Position numbers and translations under genes: made by a program. A stretch of 60,203 nucleotides of DNA, filler included, from Basidiobolus ranarum (Eukaryota): assembly GCA_040143965.1 (NCBI GenBank). It is 4 parts of 4 records of this genome, joined end to end, with 100 filler letters (N's around TTAATTAATTAA, not from the genome) between each part and the next. Parts side by side here need not be neighbours in the genome. Positions count along the whole stretch, not along the records: positions 1 to 14,993 come from JASJQH010000400.1; positions 15,094 to 30,076 come from JASJQH010000401.1; 2 more parts are not named here. One strand, given 5' to 3'. Positions within the stretch are counted from its first letter, which is position 1; every line of letters begins with the position of its first letter. A model generated the notes under the pieces. The model was given only the letters and a program-made list of their open reading frames with translations, was not told the DNA's origin and ran no database searches. Shown piece after piece: positions 11,894 through 25,965 of this stretch.

Positions 11894-14800
11894 TTTCTAA
11901 AACGTGAAACAACTTCAGACACGAATATCAAATGAATGTTTGATGAGACTGGCAATTTTGACAGAAAGGGCGATGATCAACTCAAAGATAACTAATTCTA
12001 TGAGCGTAATGGCCTTGCTTTCGTCTTTTATAGTTTCAGCGAAACAACGTATTTTAAATATTGTAAGCATTTATTGACCCAGATTACTAAAATCTTTCTA
12101 CGGTTTCTGAATCAGTCACGAATTGATCCTATTTGCAAACATCTGCAATATGGAGGACGTATAACTGAGTGGATCCTTATTCTAGCACATAGTGGTAGCC
12201 TGCCTCGTTTTAATTGGCCCAGCGTAGCATCTCAAAAAGGTCATACTAGAATAGACGATCTTGACATACAGATACATTATTACCAGATTGCAAGTCGTGC
12301 GCGAATATAGGAGAAAGCCATCCAACTGCTTGACTAAACGGAATAATGGGTCTGGTATCCGCAATCTCTATGGTTCATTCCATTGAGCTCGGAGAAACTA
12401 TCTGTAGTACCTTCCTATTTTATTGATCCTACTATGAACCTAAATGGCATGACGACATCTCCAATCATTAAAACTCATTTGTAAATCAATGTGATAATAA
12501 TATTTTTTCCGTATGAAACCTGTGAAATCTGAGAGATCCCATTAAATTGCGGTTATTTTTACAAAAAGTGATTGGATTGTTGGATTCGATCATTCATAGA
12601 TTGGTCGACATCATTGGAGGAGGATGGGTTTGATGGGGTCTCAAAAGCAAGCTTATTTTAAGTACCTTAACATTCTGTGCCATAGACCCAAGTTTCGTGC
12701 ATTTCAGGTTGAGACACCACTCATGAGTAGAACATGAACATGTCTATTAGTCAGAAAATACTACATGCTAATACTGCAGACATGGCAGCTGCACGCGAAG
12801 GATATGCTTCTCATTAATTGCGATTCTTGTCAGCGATCTATTAGCTAGATTGGTGGTTCTTGGCTCTACTTGTTCCGGCCTAAATATGTAGGATACTCCT
12901 GAATATGGGCAACTCTCAAGGATAATCAAACATCTGTCTGTGTACAAGACTGGCCAAGATTGTAGGGTATCCATTGGAAAGATTGTGGTGGAATATCGAT
13001 CAAATTCACAACCAAAATGCTTCATGACTCTTGATTAGTAAATTAATATTTGCCTTTCCAAGATAAAGAGTAGGGGCTTGGCATAATGATTATTAGCTTC
13101 TTTTCAAAACGGTACCGAATATATCCATGATCATCGCTAAGGGTCTTGGAAAGATGTTGAGTATAACAAAGCGGGTGCTTTTGGAGGGCTCGTGGAACAA
13201 AGCTATTTCCTTGACTTGGTTACATTACTTTTGCCAAGGTTGCTCTGCAATTTAGGATTTGTTACTATCCTTTCGATCTTATTAAGTGCCACAAATGGCT
13301 TATTGCCTAGAATTTCCATTAACCTTAAATCCTCTACTTGTGAGTCAACCCTGTTTGGAAAATACTCGGAGAGGTCAACTATGCTCGCAATCTGATTGGC
13401 CCACATGGATTAAATCCATCCTTATCCCCGTGTCATGGCTATCACATCTGTAGAATTTGCCCTACAGCACCCAACTCCTGTCTGTTCCTCCATATCCCTA
13501 TCCAACATCCAAGGATAAGGTCATCAGAATGCTCTTGATTCGAATGCCATGATTTAAAAGTCCAGATGTCGTGCCTCTTCAATAAATCTTATCCCAGGGA
13601 GACGTTCCAGAGCTCTTGTGTTAAGAGATGAGATTCCGCAATCACACGGGAATTCAATTTTAACTTTGGTTGGGTGCAGCCAAATCCACCGATATCACGT
13701 TGTAGCTGTAGTGTTTGACATCACTTGGAGAATTCCTGATGTTTTACAGCGGCAAATCAATGGGTTTGTGGTATTGAAGGGTTTTCAGGTCAGTAACCGC
13801 GTGTCAGATTTGCCACCGAACAAAGAGTAGATCGGTTGACCTTTTTCATTAATCTTAATTAAGTCAATCCCCTTCCAATTCTAATGGAAATATTAATGGG
13901 GTACAATAGCATAAACCAAAATCCCAGTTCTTGCTGCAGTATTAGCATCGCCATTGTGACTGATAGCATTCTGCATAAAAGGCATATCGATCAATACTAT
14001 AAAGTATGGGCATCATGAGCCATGCGCTCCCACCAATTTGTTGAACTTGGTCCTTCAATTCTGCCCATCGTAGATCCAGTATATTCAGGCTGTGTATCAA
14101 ATAAAGCAATAACGCGTCTTCAAGATCAATATTGGTTTGTGTTGCAGGCTGATCCCAAACAAGATACATCTAAGCAATCCCAATCTAATAGCTCTCATAC
14201 ATAAAAAAAATAAACAGAGTACAACTAAAGACGAGAGTCGGAAATTTTCAAGGGTTCTTTGAGCATCACTAATCAGGATACAAGAGATAGATTTGATTTA
14301 GAAGAGCGTTCAACATGGTGCGACATATTAAATGGGCTTTGTTTATGGCTGTTAAATATGCGCTGGTTAAATATCCTCTTGCCAACACTGGACTGGAAAA
14401 ATATGGAGCATTACTGATGGAGAAATAGACCTGCGGGGTGAGTCGATGATTTCCAAGTCATTAGGCTTTGTGCATCATTCCTACGTAATAATCGACAAAG
14501 CAGAGGTTTTTAGAACCACTTGGGATTGGCAGTGACAATGATTGGTTTTTGAATGCGACCAGTCTGGATGCTCATGAGCTCTCTCTTCCCCAAGATTCAT
14601 CTCTATATGGTATGTAGGATGGTCAAAATAGTACTATTTATTAATTTTGATTTCGTTTAAAGATCCCACAGTCCAACTAAGAGGGCTAAAACGCAGTCGT
14701 GATAATTTTTAGGAACTTTGTTCTATTCTTGGTAAATATCAGATTAATGCAGTTGAGCGGCCAATGGCTTAACCAAGAAAAGTTTTCAGTATTTCATCAC

Positions 14801-14993
14801 CAATAATAACGGAGAGATGGAATTGATAAATAAACAAATGTGTACTTCTGACAATAACCTGCAGCAATCATTCAATCATATTTACCGAGGATTCTTTGGG
14901 ATATTTTTTATACGAAGTCTCATTTCTAACAGCGAATTAATTTTCTTTTACTATTTGCCATTGCTAACTGGCCAGTACGTCCCCCATCCAATT

Positions 14994-15093
14994 NNNNNNN
15001 NNNNNNNNNNNNNNNNNNNNNNNNNNNNNNNNNNNNNTTAATTAATTAANNNNNNNNNNNNNNNNNNNNNNNNNNNNNNNNNNNNNNNNNNNN
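14994..15093. other. Artificial contig linker
   Basis: 44 N + TTAATTAATTAA (stops in all six frames) + 44 N. Confidence 0.98.
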
Positions 15094-15525
15094 AACATCA
15101 GAGTGGATTGCGCAGTTAATTCTCTTAATTTCGCAGAATTCTCTGGATGTTCAATAGAAATTAGAGGACGTCGGATAATGTCGATGGAAGGCTCCGTTCA
15201 CTTACTTACCAGCTGATTCTTTGGGTGTTAATATGTCCAGTGAGGCTTGGTGGATTTCATGGATATCATTAATGTTATTTTCAATATTTGTGCGAAGGGC
15301 ATTGAATTCTTCCAACTAAATATCATAATGTGGGTTCAGTATTGAATGTATTTCTCTGCGAAATGTGGTGGCCCCACTCACCGCCTTGTTGAATTCAGCA
15401 CCCGACATAATCCTGCTGACTCCTTGCTCCATTTGACTGGGAGTGAGGTTCTGGAAGTTTCGAGATATGAGCTTTAGATGAGAAGAAGGCGAAATCTGAT
15501 AAATACTCACATTGTGTATGGTCAT
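15094..15525 (-). CDS. Divergent syntaxin-like gene, 5' part only (cut by contig end)
   Basis: Manual splicing gives MTIHN|NLTPSQMEQGVSRIMSGAEFNKA|LEEFNALRTNIENNINDIHEIHQASLDILTPKESA|ENSAKLRELTAQSTLM. This resembles a syntaxin Ha helix, and the three introns (phases 0,0,1) match those of the syntaxin at 19541. Confidence 0.65.
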
Positions 15526-18500
15526 CCTGCTAAGGGGATTTGACTCGAAAATGAGGAATGGGCGTGCGTTAAGGAAGCAAAATTAAACTGGAATGGGTCT
15601 TGGATATTGTTGTTGAGTCGATCTAAAGAAAGAGGCGATTGCAAAGCGCCACAGTGAAAGGAATAAGCAACTGCACTTGGGATTATGGAATCTCTGGATG
15701 AACAGGCCAATCCGTTTATATATTCACCTATGCAAGTACTATCAATCCCGCTACTTTGTTAAGCTTTCAATCATACCTAATTCAGTAAATCGGTTGATTT
15801 CGATCCTGTCTCAATAATATTGGCAATTGGTTTCAGAAGCATTGAAGGAATAGCGGAGTATTCCAACGGTTTTGTTTGTATACATTAGCCCCATTATCTA
15901 TGAGATTTGCTCCATATACTAAAGCTAGATTCGTGAATGAGAATACTCCGAGAATTTCCGTTGGTGAGCCTCACAGGAACAGCCTTAATATCAAGCAAGC
16001 GTGCGTGTGAGAAATCTGCTAAAAATAAAATGGCTAAGGAGCCGAGTCATCTATGTACATCGAAACCATCCATATGGCCTGCTTTTCACTAGTATCGCTT
16101 GTAGCCTCACTCCTGCCATGTGTATGGAGCCAATTTACAGGAGGTATGGTATCTTCGAGAAATCATTGGTAAAATAAACAATGTATCAGAACTGCAGTAA
16201 ATGCTTAAAGTATTCATTGAGCATTTGAGCATCACTGATACCCTAACTCACACATGGGCCGGTTTATCCGAACGTCTCATTTCCAGGCAGAGCCAATACA
16301 GCCAAGGCTCTACTTCTATGAGCCGGATATATGGCAGTGAGACGGTGTTATTGATGGTTTGGTTATGAATTGATTTGCAACAGGGCCTCCAGTTAAGAAG
16401 TGTTAGCAGTGAATTGCTTGGTGATTGGCGCTCTGTCCATAATCACACTTTGTAGTGTAATACGAAAGTACATTCATGGGCCCAAGTAGGAGTTCATGCG
16501 ATCTCATGAACCCCTTTTGCGAAATTACTTCAGGAGAGTCCCGTTGCCAGGGAGAGGGATATTTACCCAGATCTTGTATCAACCTTCACCCTCGAATAAC
16601 CAATGATGAGTGTGTACAGGCTTGCAAGTTATGGGCCTCTGGCAGTAACGTTAGGTGCTTTGAAGTCAATCAAGGGGCCTAATACTTAGGATTGATGTAG
16701 CTGTTATCAAGTGCTCACAGTGTAATCAATTCAAGAGCATGCGTGCATGAGTACTCAGAAACAATCTCAAAATTTAGCATTAGTCATTATATGAAATTAT
16801 TATACCCCTCATTACATTATACCCTGCAGGCAATGATTCTTTCGTGATCGTTCTCCACGTGGTGGATTTGCGCAGCTTCTTGATTAGAACTACTGGCCTG
16901 AATGCCAAGGATACCCCCTCATAGTTGCTCAAAGGTTTGTACCAATCCTGGATCCTATAGCACCAGTATTCTAGAAGAGACGTTTCCTTTCATTCATTAT
17001 TTGTGAATACAAAAAATGAAGTGCTTTTGGATAGCAATATTAGATACAATGTCCCTTCAAAACTCGAGATCCGAATCTCTTTCAAGGTCTAGATCTAAAT
17101 AGAAATAATATAGACAGTATCAGCGCAAAGCAAAGCAACCTCAGTATGCTATCCTACTCACAACAAGATTTAGGTGAATTATTCACCAAACGACAAAAAA
17201 ATGTTAATGGAACTTTTCTTCCCGTATTAACTTGATTCGTTCAGCAAGCCAATTCGAAAGATCGCAAAACTCAAAGTGATCCCCAAATGTATGGTTAATG
17301 TAGTTTTCGATTCTAATATATGTTGCTAAACTTCTTGTGAAGAAAGCTTTCTCCTCCTATTCTTATGGTCATTTTGATAGCGTCAGGTTTACTGAGAAGC
17401 TCGGGTAAAATTACTACTGGTGTATATTGTAAACGGTCAAATGCTTCCCAAGCCTCAAGGTGCAACCAAAAGAAAGAAACTTAGATTACAAAGATCCATA
17501 GTATTAAACTGGATTCATCTTTGATGTCTTATATTGCTCAATCCTGTCCAAGTCGAAATAGCCTTCTAACAATCCTGATGGTTGCAGTACTGTTGACATT
17601 TCATAAAATATATATACAAGTTACTGGAATATTTCTTGCGGATACCTCTACTTCAAATTCTGCATAAATAAAGATGTACTGTCACAAATGAATGAGATAC
17701 TAAAGTGTCATGACTAGCTTCAAATCAGAGTTATTGGGGACTCATCCCATGGTTAAAGCTAACAAAAATCAACTCTAGATTTTCATTATGCTTTGTCCAA
17801 TATGCGCATTTCTTTCATCTCGGGGCAAAAATAATGATATGGTTCAGGCTGCTATTGTGTAGCCATTAGGTATGCAACAATATGATAGATATACCATTCC
17901 TGCTTCAAATCATCAGCATCACATATGGATAAACAAGACATCGGTTATTTCCGAGTAACATCTTTAAGTTCTATTCCTATCCAAGCTGTGACTTTGATAT
18001 TGATCGGAAATGACTTGAAAAAGTAGATTTAAGGAAACTAGTGGATCACAGGGGCTTCGTCAATACATCTCGATCCAAGGAGCCCCCCCCCCCACACACA
18101 TAAGATCAACTTATATTGAATCTCTCTAATGAGTGGTACGAATCTAGAGTTACCCAGGACCCCAAAAATCGTTGGAGCGGGCTATCGTTAACAGGATAGA
18201 AAATAGCTCAAGACCTCTTTACCACTTCCACGTCCCATTTTAATCATGAACACAGTCCAATATTATGCTCCAATCTAGACTAAGCCATCACTAAACCGGA
18301 TGACAACAAGTGACGTTTCAACCTTTTCGTGGAATCCTCCATATCCAACACCAATCACTCCACAAGCTAGCGGTGGAGTAAAAGCTCCTATTGGAGTCTT
18401 GAAGTATACATTATCAGAGCATATGATAAGAGGTTTACGCTGGCTTCGTTGAGTGTTTCCACAAGTTTACTCGGGATCACTTGAAACGTATCCAAGGGTC

Positions 18501-19540
18501 TCTGATGAATTTCATCGGTCAACAGATGAAGATATTCCTAGAACATGAGCAGGCAACACTGATACGAGGGAAATTGTGGCTCATATAAATAGCACTGAGG
18601 TATGTATATTGTTCCTGACAGAACCAAGACTGGTGGACTCCAAAAAAATACCCAGTGAGATTCTCCCCAGAGCAATCTGGATTGAGGAGGCAGACCCACC
18701 GCCTTTCACCTCTCATTACTCGAAGAGCGACTATTGAATACTTCCACTCTAATTGTAAAACCTTAAACAGCTCTCACCGAATCTGCACCACCCAGAAAAT
18801 CGAGAAACCCTCGGGATTTCCGAGAATGATAAGATACGACTCAACCGTATTCGGATTTCCAGCTCTTGTCGGACTATTCGCCCATATCTTCTCTAATTTA
18901 CCCACTGATACAGGTGGTCGTGTCTGGCCAATGGCTTAAATTCCATACGGCTACTAACAGGTTATTGCATGTTGTCAATTGTGTGTGTTTCCTCTCAAAT
19001 CAGACAATACTCTAGGATTCTATTTGATGCTATTTGATTCTGGCCTATGGATTCGAAGTTGACCACATAACAAGATTCATCAGTAAAACCTTGTGTAATC
19101 TCCATTCTCGAATAAGACCAAACAGAGATTAAAGTATATTGAGGCTAAATCCATGTCCTTGCCAACCCAAATAATTCCTTAATAATTAAACCAATTTCTC
19201 AATTCGGCGTTTGTATTCATAGATGTGACTAAAAGCGGTAGACCCTCATCACCTGTACCTCCATACCAAGCTAAAAATATAGCATCCAGCGACTTCTTAT
19301 TCTGGTATTTATGGGACAAAAGCGAATCCAATTTCCACTTGGTTTCAATCATTTGGTTCTGGTTTCCTACACATAATTGGCATCGCTGATTGTTCTTCCA
19401 GCTCTGTTAATTGATATACATTTCTTTTTTGTTGGAGCCGCTGAGTATTTTTTTCTTCTCAACCCTCTTTCTGCACGAGCCCTCCATTTTTACGACCTAC
19501 AGTCTCTTTCCAGTTAGCTTACCTCACATACTTACTTAAC

Positions 19541-21073
19541 ATGAGTAGAGACCGTTTGGCAGGTTTAAAGGTGAAGTTTAATTGTTGGGTTTTCAACTTT
19601 AATTTTACTAACTCTTTTGACATTAGGGTGGATATGCGAACCTAGATGACCCTGTAACTTTGGAACTAGGAAGTGTTCAACACGTTGACCCCGCCAATTC
19701 TCTTAATAACTTTCTTCAAGAGGTAAGGGCGAATTTCAAAGTGAATAAAGTTGAAGATATTCACTTTTCCTTCCCCGTTCCAGGTTACCGAGGTGGAAGA
19801 TGTCATCACTTTATTCCAACAAAATGTGAGAAGAATTCAAGAACTTCACGCTAATGTGCTGGATGCATTCAGTGAAGAACAAATCACTTGTAACCTTCAT
19901 TTCTTGGTGGGTTTTATTCTAATTTCACCTAACCCACAGTTTCTCTACCTCTAGCCATCGGTAATCAGACCGATAAACTGGTGTCTGAAACCTTTCAGTT
20001 GGGAAACAATATAAAAGAGCGTCTGAAAGGTATTTATTCTTCTGTTTCACTCATAGTATTCGATCGATTCGTTTGTGTATCTGGGCCGAGTATTAATAAT
20101 TTCATCAACCTTGTGCACCAGGTATGGCTCTTGCAAACAGAAAAGCAACCGGTGGACCAGGACAGGTGCAAATTAGAAGGAACAAGGTAAATACTCATCT
20201 ATGTGTATGAATTGAGTCGTATATTCAACCGAGTCTAATTTATTCTTTCGTGGAATATATTTTGACATGCAGTATCAAGCTTTACAAGAGAAATTCGTAG
20301 AAGCCATCAAGAATTATCAAGTAGTTGAGCACGAGTCACGCACTCGGTACAGAGAAAGAATGGAAAGACAATATCGTATTGGTACGATGAATTTCTATTT
20401 GTTGAAACGTCGATGAATACCCTTGGATACAGTCATCTCACATAACTTCAACATATTATTCACTATCACTACAGTTAAGCCAGATGCCTCCGAGGAAGAG
20501 ATAAGCAATGTTCTGGATGCGGATGGTGGAAACCAACTTTTTGCTCAAGCCGTAAGTTACTTAATGAATTCCCAATGATAAGAAATACACTAATACAGTT
20601 ACAGTTGATGTCGTCTTCGAGGTCATCTGAAGCACGTGAGGTTCTAAAAGAAGTTCAAAGCAGACATGATGACATTAAAAAGATTGAAAAAAGTATTGCG
20701 GTATGTGGCGCATTTATTATTGAAGTTGCCGACCATTCCTTTAATATCCCTTCGTTTAGGAACTTGCTCGCTTATTTGGAGAGATGCAAACCTTGATTAC
20801 TTTGCAAGACGAAATGATACATCAGATTGATAATAATATGGAATCGACAGTGAACCATGGATACGAAGCCAACAAGCAGATGGATCAGGCTATTGTATAT
20901 GCGCAGTCAAGTAGAAAGGTTAGCTATGAGTTTTGTTGCCCTTTGAGGGGAATGTAGCCGCCTTTTGTTAACATCCTTCAATGTTCTAGAAAAAATGGTG
21001 TTTATTCATATTCTTCTTGTTGTTGATCATCACTATTGTGCTTGTAGTGTACTTTACTCAATTCCACAAATAG
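19541..21073 (+). CDS. SSO1: Plasma-membrane syntaxin (Sso1/2-like t-SNARE), 10 exons
   Basis: MSRDRLAGLK N-peptide, Habc domain, RERMERQYRIVKPDASEEEI, SNARE motif EVQSRHDDIKKIEKSIAELARLFGEMQTLITLQDEMI, C-terminal TM RKKKWCLFIFFLLLIITIVLVVYF. Confidence 0.92.
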
Positions 21074-22317
21074 GTTAAGCAACTCTCCAGTCGAGTGATT
21101 GCTGTATATACCGACATGCTACTTAATACCATATCCACTTATTGCTCTTGGTTTATCCACAAACCTCATACATCACTTTGATATGTACTAAAAATTCCGC
21201 AATATTTATATTAACTTCTCATTTGACAAATACATTCTCCATGCAAGATGGCTTCATTGATTCCCTCAACCTTTCACCTTTTTGGTGAGATCGTCATCAT
21301 TTTATTGTATGTGCGAGGTCATAATAAATTCGTTGAATCCCAATTATCCTGATTCTTCATACACCATAGAAGGGTACATACAACAGCGTAGTACACTTGA
21401 GCGAGGTAACATCTGGCTCTGGCATTCTCATGATAATGAATGCATAAATTATGATCTCAATACACAACTCACCCATAATATTTAAAGCTTGAGGAAATGC
21501 TAAAATTATTGGCACATTTTGTACCCAGATCATGTGATGTGACTTATCCTTCGCTCGTATGAAACTCACTTATTTATATATCTCATCCACCATCAATTAC
21601 CGAGCTGTTTTCGATGATTCTAGTAAAACTATACGCGCATTTAGACGAAAATCAACCGAGGAGAAACAGCCTAATGTTTACCCAGCCCATGCATGTGATC
21701 AGGCACAAATAAAGTAATACATTGCATTACATTTACCCCAACTGGCAATCCAATGGATTAATCAAACGGTGGTACATTGATTGGCTTTGAAAGGCTAATG
21801 GTCATTGGATACTATTTAACAGGTTTCTCTAATCTATGAGTATTTCACTGATATTTCAATCCTCAATATACGTTGGATCTGGGTTTACATTAGTAAATAA
21901 GTTTGGCACACGTATTATTATTGATGCATAGGCCACTATTGTTTGACTATCTGAGTGAAGTTTTATCAAGTATCTTGGCACGTTTCCTTTAAAGGGTAGA
22001 AGTGCCTCAATTAATACTACTAAAATTTAGCATACCAACTCAACTACTACTTTATTATCTATATCGATAGGGTTCTACGATTTAGTATTCAATTCATTAG
22101 AACAAAACTTTCACTGCAAATATCGAGAATAGAATAAAAGCAATCAACAATACATCTTGTATTTCCGTCCTTTGCCGAGTCATTCCTTATTCTAAAGTGA
22201 ATTAACCGAACAAGCCGTTTCCATATTTCAGTAAACAAGATACTATACATAAAGAGTAATGTATTCATATATATTTCCTTCATTTTTATTTATGACCTGT
22301 TGGCCGAAATAATGGAT

Positions 22318-23576
22318 TTAAACAACAAAGGGAATAATTGCTTTACGATTCTTGGGATAGTCCTTGAATTCTTTAAGATAGTTTTGATGCTTCTTAACAG
22401 CCCATAGGTACATTTGTCCATAGGCAACAAGAACAAAGAACCAGGCAGCATAGCTGTTAGTCATAACAGAGAATGCAACCCATGCGACGGTTTCAAAGAA
22501 GTAGTTAGGGCAACTGACCCAATCAAACCCGTATCCATATGGGATACGGCGAACGCGAGAACCAGCAGGGCGAAGATTGCGTAAAGTGATGTGTGTCAAC
22601 AGGTTAGAGAATTCAGCAAACTATATAGAACATGCGTAAAATGAATTAATAGGCCGTGAGAAAAAGAAAGCTTTCGTATTTGATTTTACTTACGAAAAAC
22701 ACAAAGACGCAGATAAACATGAAGAGCTTGGAAATTTCGGCATTCTCCGAACCCTTACCATACCAAGGGCCGTATAACCAAAAGGCTATATTCACACCGG
22801 ATAAAACGTGATAATGGAATGAATTCTTGAAGACGTTTTGGAAAGGCATGGTTCCATGACTGAATCGGTGAACGAACAAGGTTTCAACCTCTCTCTTGAG
22901 GAAATGGAAAAGTACAAGGAAGAAAGCGACACTGCAAATACAAATATATGTTAATATCAAAACTAACAGAAATTCTCTCAAAATCTACGTACGTTTGCAT
23001 TTTACTGTGCTCAAAAGTAGAGCCATAAATGAAGCTCCCAAGGTAGTAGAAAATTGGGTGAATAACAATTGGCCCGGCATATTCGATAAGGAAAACAGTC
23101 TTCCAGCCAATTTGGGCACCGAGATCTTTGAAGTAAACAGTATCTAGAGTAGCAATGAACAGTTAATGCCATCTGCAATACCACGACATGACGCGATACA
23201 TTTTCTTACCTCCATCAGTAATGTTAGCCTCGGACAAAAGAGCACTATCATCAGGAGAAAGATTGGCTGAAATAGATGTTGAGTAAGCATACGGGCATAA
23301 AGTAGAGTGCTTTATAAATGATGTTGACTATACCTGTTGTGCTAATTTTTTGTCTTTCAATGTAATACTTTGGGTCTAGGATCAACCGGTAAAAAAGATG
23401 AGAAATAAAATCAAGTGAAAACTATAAAGATGTGTAATTGTACTTTTTTTGGCGATGGCTTTCTTCACCTCTTGAATGGTAACATCTTTATCGAACTCGA
23501 GAGTAAGAGGAAAGGTAGAAGATTTCTTGGGAGTATTACTACCCTTGGAGGGACGCAGCGCAATGACTAACTTCAT
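22318..23576 (-). CDS. TSC13: Very-long-chain enoyl-CoA reductase (Tsc13/TECR), multi-exon
   Basis: [60 protein letters not shown]...[16 protein letters not shown]. Confidence 0.93.
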
Positions 23577-24406
23577 GATAGTTAGAGTTACTCGAGGATG
23601 CGAACAATTATTTAAGTGAACTGGAGATTCAAAAATTCGAATTTATTGGTCAATGTCGGTTTGCATCACTCTACCAAAATTTGTGGAGAATCTTTGCCAT
23701 ACTTTAGATTGTATTGTTCGCATACTTTGAGATTCAACACGAGTGTGGTGAAATCATGAGCTGATTGAATTTGAGATGTGTTAGTCATCATAATTTGGAA
23801 TGCAGACTTGAATTGGAGAGCAACATTCGATCCATCCCATAATTATAGAAATGTCCACAATGCTACAAATACGGTAGGCGTGCGGAATTCCAAAATTAAA
23901 GTTGAAACCTCTGAATTTGGGATTTACATAGGGACTCCAGGGTCTCGAGAATTGTTAGTCTTGAAACCACAGAGGGAGATAGAGTTGCTACCAAGACCGG
24001 TCTTCGCATTCATTCACGCATTACCGATCCATGACGCAACAACATTTATATCCTCCATTACAAAAACAAATCAAATATTCAATATGCATGGTCTCTTTCA
24101 GGCCAGGCTCTCGTCAATCGTTTGCGATTTCGGTTGCCGAATTCTATGTGGTAATGGGAGCAATTGAAGCACCATTTCGATAGTTCTGAGATTTCAATAA
24201 TCGAATCTTCCGAATGGGGAGGATAGAAAAATAGAAATCTTTCGAGAAATGCAATTCTATTGGCCAGAGAAAGCCCCCAAAATCATTTAAAAAGGTTCGG
24301 GAAAACATGTACGTATCGGTTAGCTATTCATTTGGACCTTTTGTGTTTGGCTTGTCAAACCTTCAATTATCTTTCTAGTTTCACATCGATTTCACATTTG
24401 TTATTA

Positions 24407-25965
24407 ATGTCTACATCTATAGATTTGAATATCTCGGTACCAACTCCCAACACAGAAACTGAAGTTAAAACCGGTATATCGGAAAACGATTTCTATCTTT
24501 CTCCCGAGGATCGTGTAAGTGTCAAATGTCACTTTGTTAGGGAGGTCACGAATGGACTTTCCAAGGCAGGTTCAAGCTTGGCTATGCTTCCGGGATATGT
24601 CTCATCTCTTCCCACAGGCGAGGAGAAGGGTAAATTCCTGCTAGTCATGATTGATGAGGCGACTCTTGGAGTGGGTGCGGTCACATTCTTGGGAGGACGA
24701 AAATACGAGCTTTCTCTGCAGAAATACGTAGTTGATGCTCACGCCAGAGAAAATGCCAAAAAACTCTTTAGCTTTGTTGCTAACTGCCTAGGTTCTTTAC
24801 TGGAAGAGCTCAACATACCCCTGGATTCAAACCTTCCTCTTACTATTAGCTTGGCGTTTCCTTTAAGGTTGGGTTTATTTTCACTTCCGGAGAGATTCCA
24901 ATTACTAACTGTTGTGAAATAGTCATCAAGGAGTAGGTAAAGGTCAGATATTGTCATTTTGTAAGGGCTTCAGAGTCCCCGGACTGCTGAGTCATGATGT
25001 TGCCGAATTACTTACAGAGGCCTTAAAACGAAAGGTAAATTTAAATGTCTCGTTTTGCTGATGGTAATTGTAGCTCATTTAATTTCAGAGTATTGTAGTG
25101 GATATTTTGACCATCCAGAACGACACTGTTACTAGTCTACTCGCACACGCTTACTCTGTTTGCTCGCAAACTATTATTGGTTGTTTTATTGATTCTGGTA
25201 CAAATATCGCGTATCTTGATTCGCTAGAACAATTACCCAAATGCAAATCATTATTGGGAGTGGATAAGATGATTTATAATACGGAGTGTGGAGGATTTGA
25301 CGTTCAAGGGGCACAAGTCAAACGCAGTAAATTTGATGACAAAATTGACGAAGAGTCGAGTATACCTGGGCTTCAACGATTTGAGAAGATGACGTCTGGA
25401 ATGTACATTGGCGAAATAGTCCGTTTAGCTATGGAAAAAATGGTATTGAAAGGTGCTCTTTTTGGAGGGAAATTGCCGAATGATTTAAGCACCCCTTACC
25501 TTTTTGATTTTGAACAGATGATCGTTATAGAAAGGTTTGTGACTCGTTAACTAGTATATTCTGTTGAGCGCCTGGCTAACCGTCTTTCATGATAGTGACA
25601 AAACTCCTGATCTATTGACTGTCAAAAGACTGTTGAAGCACACACTCAACATTTCCACATCTATTTCCGATCGAGAAATTGTCAAATGTTTGTGCCAACT
25701 AGTTTGTACTAGGGCAGCCAACTTGGTGGCAGCGTGTCTTTCTGGTCTTATTGAACGACATCTGCAAAGCGAGCCAGACAAAGTAGTCACCGTGTCACTT
25801 GATGGACGGGTTCTTCACCAATACCATCAATATCGTCATCGCCTTTGTTCCACAATTGGGCATTTACTTGGTGAGAATAAGGACAAAGTTCGGTTCGGTT
25901 TAGTAGAGAACCTGAGTGTAGGGGCGGCTGTTGGTGCCATGCTTCAATTCAAACTTCGGGAATGA
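24407..25965 (+). CDS. Hexokinase-like protein with degenerate catalytic motifs, 4 exons
   Basis: AMLPGYVSSLPTGEEKGKFL, NDTV, GTN, NTECGGFD, PGLQRFEKMTSGMYIGEIVRL, VGAAVGA; open frame across three GT-AG introns. Confidence 0.88.

Noticed and set aside
13100-14200. Chain of minus-strand ORF fragments resembling a decayed gene
   Set aside because: Stops and frameshifts are present and I recognise no family motif; a translated search is needed.
14817-15041. 74-aa ORF at the end of contig 1
   Set aside because: It runs into linker Ns and looks partly intronic (GCTAAC...CAG); no product can be assigned.
15700-19400. Short ORFs and a poly-C tract between the syntaxins
   Set aside because: No recognisable motifs, terminal repeats or consistent splice pattern.
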